A DNA stretch of 64,000 bases from an uncultured delta proteobacterium (GTDB lineage: Bacteria; Desulfobacterota; Binatia; UBA9968): positions 128,001 through 192,000 of the forward strand of contig CAVXEP010000013.1 in assembly GCA_963760795.1 (NCBI GenBank), written 5' to 3'. A model generated the notes under the pieces. That model searched no databases, was not told the DNA's origin, and was given only the letters and a program-made list of their open reading frames with translations. The translations under genes and the position numbers were made by a program. Of this stretch, positions 59,646 to 64,000 are shown one piece after another (position 1 is the stretch's first letter; the number at the start of each line of letters is the position of its first letter).

Positions 59646-60077
59646 ATGAAACTGACTCTCGACAAAGCCAACGTCATCGCCGACCAGACCCTAGCGAAAG
59701 CTCGCGATGCGAAATACCGTCCCATGTGCGTCGCCGTCTTAGACGAAGGCGGCTGCTTGAAAGTGCTCAAGCGCGAAGATGCCGCCAGCATCCTGCGCCC
59801 CGACATCGCCATCGGCAAAGCCTGGGGCGCCGTCGGCATGGGCGAATCGAGTCGCTCCCTAAGCGAGCGGCTCAAGGAACGTCCGGCCTTTCTCGGCGCC
59901 TTGGCGGTGATGTCCCAAGGCAAAGTCGTGCCGGTGGCCGGCGGCGTGCTGATTATGGACGGCGCTGACGGCAATGAAATAGTTGGCGCGGTGGGCGTCA
60001 GCGGCGGCACCGCCGAAGAAGACGAAGCCTGCGCCATCGCAGGCATCAAGGCCGCAGGCTTTGTCGCGAAATCGTGA
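59646..60077 (+). CDS. GlcG/HbpS family heme-binding protein
   Basis: VAVLDEGG, IAIGKAWGA, GGVLI and GAVGVSGG...EDEACA. Confidence 0.9.
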   Translation: MKLTLDKANVIADQTLAKARDAKYRPMCVAVLDEGGCLKVLKREDAASILRPDIAIGKAWGAVGMGESSRSLSERLKERPAFLGALAVMSQGKVVPVAGGVLIMDGADGNEIVGAVGVSGGTAEEDEACAIAGIKAAGFVAKS

Positions 60078-60120
60078 GTTGAAGTCACGCGCTTTGTGAT
60101 TGCTAGCGGTGCAAATGGGA

Positions 60121-60196
60121 TCGATAGGAGGATAGAGAATGGAAGATCGAAAGAATCATGTCTTGCCATTCTCCATCTTCTATCCTTCATCCTCGA
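60121..60196. repeat. palindromic element with 7-nt periodic arms
   Basis: gatagga-ggataga-gaatgga-agatcga / gccattc-tccatct-tctatcc-ttcatcc-tcga. Confidence 0.8.
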
Positions 60197-60221
60197 CGAG
60201 TAGACGTGAAGGAACATTAGA

Positions 60222-61361
60222 ATGCCCATCATCGACTACATGGACTGCTTCCCCACCGGCCCGGGCACTATTGCCGGCCAATATATGCGCAAATTCTGGC
60301 ACCCGGTCCAGCGCGCCGACGATATCAAGCCGGGCTGGGCCAAACCGCTTCGTATCATGAGCGAAGACTTCACGCTCTATCGCGGCGAGGGCGGCAAACC
60401 GCAGGTTGTCGAATTTCGCTGCCCGCACCGCCAATCCCAGTTATCGGTCGGATGGGTCGAAGGCGATGCCTTGCGCTGCCGCTTTCACGGCTGGAAGTTC
60501 GACGGCTCAGGCCAATGCATCGAGCAGCCGGCCGAGAAAGAGGCGTTCACTGACAAAGTGCGCATCCGCAGCTATCCCACGGAAGAATACCTCGGCATGA
60601 TTTTCGTTTACTTCGGCGCGGGTGCGCCGCCGCCGCTGCCGCGTTTTGCCGATTTCGAAAAAGACGGATTATGGGTCGAGACCTATGTCCGGCCCTGTAA
60701 CTTTCTCAACAACATCGAAAACGATCCGGTGCATATTCCGTTCACGCACAGAGAATCGGAGTTTTTCCTGCGCCGGCCGCGCGAGATTCCCGCCGTTGCG
60801 CAGGAGGAAACCGAATGGGGACTGATGCTGACGACGACGACATCCACCGGCCGCGTGCAATATCTGCACTATGGCATGCCGAACATTCTCGGCTTCAAGG
60901 AATCCGATCGCGATCATCTCGCCTGGCGCGTGCCCATCGACGATGAAAGTCACGCCAGCTTTCAACTCGACATCCAACACATCCAAGACGGCATCGAAGG
61001 CGAAGCGGTGAGAAAACGCCACCTCGCGCGCACGGGGAAATTGGGCCGGTCGCCCAATGAACTGGGCGCCGCCGTGCTCCGTGGCGAGATCCGCATTCAA
61101 GATCTCGCGGGCGACGACAAGGCGAACATCGTCTGGATCCAAGACTACGCCGTGCAAGTCGGCCAGGGGCCTTATGAGCTGCGCAAAAAAGAAAACCTCG
61201 GGCGATCCGACACGCCGCTGATCCTGCAACGAAAGCTTTGGATCCGCGAGCTGCAAGCGCTCGCCGACGGCGCGCCGCTCACCCAGTGGCAGCGCTCGGA
61301 GCGAATCCGCCAACTGATTTCCAATTCTCATGTACCGGACTCGGCACACGCGAAAGCGTAG
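60222..61361 (+). CDS. Rieske non-heme iron oxygenase alpha subunit, close paralog of 56300..57409
   Basis: identical blocks FRCPHRQSQLS, CRFHGWKFD, HIPFTHRESEF, RDHLAWRVPIDD and NIVWIQDYA. Confidence 0.9.
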   Translation: MPIIDYMDCFPTGPGTIAGQYMRKFWHPVQRADDIKPGWAKPLRIMSEDFTLYRGEGGKPQVVEFRCPHRQSQLSVGWVEGDALRCRFHGWKFDGSGQCIEQPAEKEAFTDKVRIRSYPTEEYLGMIFVYFGAGAPPPLPRFADFEKDGLWVETYVRPCNFLNNIENDPVHIPFTHRESEFFLRRPREIPAVAQEETEWGLMLTTTTSTGRVQYLHYGMPNILGFKESDRDHLAWRVPIDDESHASFQLDIQHIQDGIEGEAVRKRHLARTGKLGRSPNELGAAVLRGEIRIQDLAGDDKANIVWIQDYAVQVGQGPYELRKKENLGRSDTPLILQRKLWIRELQALADGAPLTQWQRSERIRQLISNSHVPDSAHAKA

Positions 61362-61781
61362 ACCGATGCCGTGAAACGCGGCTGAGCCGCCGCAACCCTC
61401 GGCGCCAAGCTTGCGCTGACAATTTAAGAAGCGGCTGCCGCCTACGGCGCAACCTTGCTGCAATCTCCAGCTAACCGTACCACCTGCGGCTATACTAGCC
61501 GTGCGAAGTCTGTGTATTTCAATCGCACGGTCTGTATGGAATCGATCTCACCTTGAGCGGTACGGGGGTGTCGATGTTTATCACGACTGACAAGCACGCA
61601 GCGACAAATTCGCAGCGCTGGGAATCGCGCACCAAAGCCGTGGACGGGTCGAGGAATTCTCCAGATAAATCACTTCATTTACAGGCGCTAAAAAAATCGG
61701 GTGGCATATCTCTTGCCGTTTTCTAATTCAGGGTTAACAATAGGATTGCGCGTAGAAACAACCGCCGGAGGAAAAGGAAAT

Positions 61782-62405
61782 ATGAAAATTCCCCTGCAGA
61801 TCACCTTCCGTGACATGGCACCGTCGCCAGCCATCGAAGATAATATCCGCGAGAAAGCAGCCAAGCTCGACGAGCTGCATGACGGGATCATGGGCTGCCG
61901 CGTGACCGTTGAAGCGCCTCATCGCCATCACCACAAAGGCAAAGCTTACGTGGTGCGCATCGATTTAACCGTTCCCGGCGGCGAACTGGTTATTAATCGA
62001 GAACCAAAACGTTTAGTACCGAAAAAAGCTAAGGCCGGCGACGAACCGGATAAAGACTTCGCCGAATCTCATGAACCGAGCAAGCATGCGGCCCATGAAG
62101 ATCTCTACGTCGCCATCCGCGACGCCTTCAACGCAGCGGCGCGAAAGCTCCAGGATCATGCGCGGCGCCGGCGCGGCAAGGTAAAAGTCCATGAACCGCA
62201 GCCGGTCGCTCGGATCGCCAGCCTGCTGCCGATGGAAGATCATGGATTTCTCCTAACGCCTGACGGACGCGAAGTGTATTTTCACAGGAACAGTGTGCTA
62301 GCGCCGGGGTTCGATCGTCTAGAAATTGGCCACGAAGTTCATTTTGCCGAGGAACTCGGCGACAAAGGGCCGCAGGCTAGCACCGTGCGGTTGGCGGGTA
62401 GATGA
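61782..62405 (+). CDS. HPF/RaiA-like ribosome-associated domain fused to a cold-shock domain
   Basis: PLQITFR...CRVTVEAPHRHHHKG...EDLYVAIRDAF, then GFLLTPDGREVYFHRNSV...KGPQASTV. Confidence 0.88.
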   Translation: MKIPLQITFRDMAPSPAIEDNIREKAAKLDELHDGIMGCRVTVEAPHRHHHKGKAYVVRIDLTVPGGELVINREPKRLVPKKAKAGDEPDKDFAESHEPSKHAAHEDLYVAIRDAFNAAARKLQDHARRRRGKVKVHEPQPVARIASLLPMEDHGFLLTPDGREVYFHRNSVLAPGFDRLEIGHEVHFAEELGDKGPQASTVRLAGR

Positions 62406-62428
62406 TTCCATAACGCCTGGAGTTATTC

Positions 62429-62563
62429 ATGTGCGAAGAAGTCATCGTCTGCCTCGACGGCTCATCCCTGGTGGAAACCATTCTGCCTGACGCCGCCGCT
62501 CCTCTGCTGCTCTACTGGCCAATAGACAATTTAGAGATCGATGACAGAGACAGAGTGAGATAG
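62429..62563 (+). pseudogene. internally deleted universal stress protein remnant
   Basis: MCEEVIVCLDGSSLVETILP (USP N-terminus) joined directly to PLLLYWP (USP C-terminal strand). Confidence 0.55.
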
Positions 62564-62669
62564 TAACCGGTCATTTCTTTGGCACTTTCAATCGCAGTAT
62601 CCGGGTCCACTTTACGGCTATCGCCTTTACCCTCGCCAGTCTCCATGGTAACCCTTTGACTCGGCTTGT

Positions 62670-62764
62670 GGAGAAGGAAGGTGCCCGGTGGTGCCGCTGG
62701 TCTTCAAAACCAGTCTGGGGGTCGTAAGGTCCCCGGAGGGTTCGACTCCCTCCCTTCTCCGCCA
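62670..62764 (+). tRNA. selC: tRNA-Sec (anticodon UCA)
   Basis: 8-bp acceptor GGAGAAGG/CCTTCTCC + GCCA; 6-bp D stem with CGGT loop; CTGGT-CTTCAAA-ACCAG; long variable arm; 5-bp T stem GAGGG-TTCGACT-CCCTC. Confidence 0.96.
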
Positions 62765-62820
62765 TGGAAGCGTTTATGTAGGATTAGCTATATCCACGAT
62801 GAGAAAACTCCTAAATGAGA

Positions 62821-63270
62821 TTATTTTTTGACGATCAGCACCGGACAGCGGGTGTAGCGCAGCGTCCGCTCGGCGACGCTGCCCAGCACCAGACGCTTCA
62901 GACCCGTGCGTCCATGACTGCCCATGACGATCATCGACGCTTTGAGTTTTTTGGCTTGATCGGCGATGGCTCGGGCGGGATCGCCGCCCCGAACGAAAAG
63001 CGCTCGACAATCTTTCGGCCCGAGTTTTTTCTTTTTTAGCAATTTCTGCATTTGCATGTTTGCTTCTTCACGCGCGATCCTTTCATAGTCCACGTAGAGC
63101 CCCGGGGTTACCCCTTCCGGAGCTGCCATGACCATCGACTGGTCGGCGATGATATGCAACAGAATCAATCCGGCTTTATTCTCACGGGCCAGCTTGATGG
63201 CGTGATCGAGAGCGATGTCCGCGGGTTTAGAAAAATCCACGGGTACGAGGTACGATTTTTTAGTTGCCAT
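62821..63270 (-). CDS. universal stress protein (UspA family)
   Basis: LVPVDFS, GDPA and IVMGSHGRTG...LGSVAE...CPVLIVK. Confidence 0.92.
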   Translation of the reverse strand: MATKKSYLVPVDFSKPADIALDHAIKLARENKAGLILLHIIADQSMVMAAPEGVTPGLYVDYERIAREEANMQMQKLLKKKKLGPKDCRALFVRGGDPARAIADQAKKLKASMIVMGSHGRTGLKRLVLGSVAERTLRYTRCPVLIVKK

Positions 63271-63393
63271 GGGATGTTCTCCTATTTTAGTTTTGCCTTG
63301 GAACAAGTAATGGTGATCGTCGCCGACAAGTCAACCAGCCGTAGAAAGTCGAACTCCATCGTCGCATTTGCTCTCGTCGAGAAAGAAAACTAT

Positions 63394-64000
63394 CTAGGAT
63401 CGCGGCGCGAGGTTTTGCCGCGAACCCTGGTGAAACACATGGAATTTGTCGGGGCTCGCCGTCAGAGACAAACCATCGCCGCGGCGAAAAGACTCTTGCC
63501 CGGACGAGCGCATAATTAGATTAACGCCGCTACAGTCGACATGGATGAACCGGTCGGCGCCGAGATCTTCGACTAACGCTACGACACCCGCGACGATCGC
63601 GTCATCTGCCTGGGCGGGGATGAGGTGTTCCGGACGAATGCCAAGGGTGAGGTTCTGTCCGCGAAAAGCAGTTGCGTCCTGGGCAGCGACAATCCGCGAA
63701 AAATCGATTGTCAGACCGTGACTCGAAAATCTCGTGCCGCCGGCATCCACGGCGCCGTCGATCAAGTTCATGCGCGGATTGCCGACGAAACCGGCGACGA
63801 AGACATTGGCCGGTTGATGATAAATTTCCGCCGGCGTACCGCGCTGCTGGACCGCGCCTTGGTTAAGCACGACGATAGAGTCTCCCAGCGTCATCGCTTC
63901 GGCCTGGTCGTGGGTGACGTAGAGCATGGTCGCGCCCAGTCTTTCATGGAGTTTGGCGAGCTCGACGCGCATGGTGGCGCGCAGCGTCGCGTCGAGATTG
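63394..64000 (-). CDS. sugar/glycerol-3-phosphate ABC ATPase (MalK/UgpC-like), 5' end outside the window
   Basis: YVTHDQAEAMTLGD, PANVFVAGFVGNP and LGIRPEH. Confidence 0.9.
   Translation of the reverse strand, partial: NLDATLRATMRVELAKLHERLGATMLYVTHDQAEAMTLGDSIVVLNQGAVQQRGTPAEIYHQPANVFVAGFVGNPRMNLIDGAVDAGGTRFSSHGLTIDFSRIVAAQDATAFRGQNLTLGIRPEHLIPAQADDAIVAGVVALVEDLGADRFIHVDCSGVNLIMRSSGQESFRRGDGLSLTASPDKFHVFHQGSRQNLAPRS

Noticed and set aside
61571-61584. FNR/FixK box upstream of the HPF-CSD gene (tcgatgtttatcac)
   Set aside because: Two mismatches to TTGAT-N4-ATCAA and ~200 nt from the start codon; not distinguishable from chance.
62670-62764. Allo-tRNA or opal suppressor instead of tRNA-Sec
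   Set aside because: The 8/5 acceptor/T-stem, 6-bp D stem with 4-nt loop, long variable arm and G discriminator fit canonical bacterial tRNA-Sec.

Overview
A GC-rich bacterial chromosomal window. Its gene content resembles Candidatus Binatia/Binatota (inference only): many stand-alone substrate-binding proteins, two UbiD enzymes, three Rieske oxygenases, a LigAB-type dioxygenase and a hydantoinase/acetone-carboxylase-like cluster. Housekeeping-type genes include gltA, sixA, sthA, corA, ridA, an mltD-like gene and a polar amino acid ABC operon. The ORF track misses several things. (1) A glycine-reductase selenoprotein A gene (grdA; in-frame UGA in the CxxU motif, followed by a SECIS-like hairpin) lies downstream of grdC, with no other grd genes in the window, and a canonical 8/5 tRNA-Sec lies 33 kb away. 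(2) About 20 short intergenic palindromic elements occur. Several have arms made of 7-, 8- or 9-nt tandem units, many share a TCCG(A/G)A-like core, some are nested or composite, and some contribute codons to neighbouring genes. (3) A dead GIY-YIG nuclease gene is flanked by REP-like inverted repeats. (4) A decayed accessory patch (48.7-52.5 kb) has ~57-bp direct repeats and gene remnants. About ten otherwise intact genes carry small indel frameshifts that are probably long-read assembly errors. All family assignments come from motif recognition by eye; no database searches were run.
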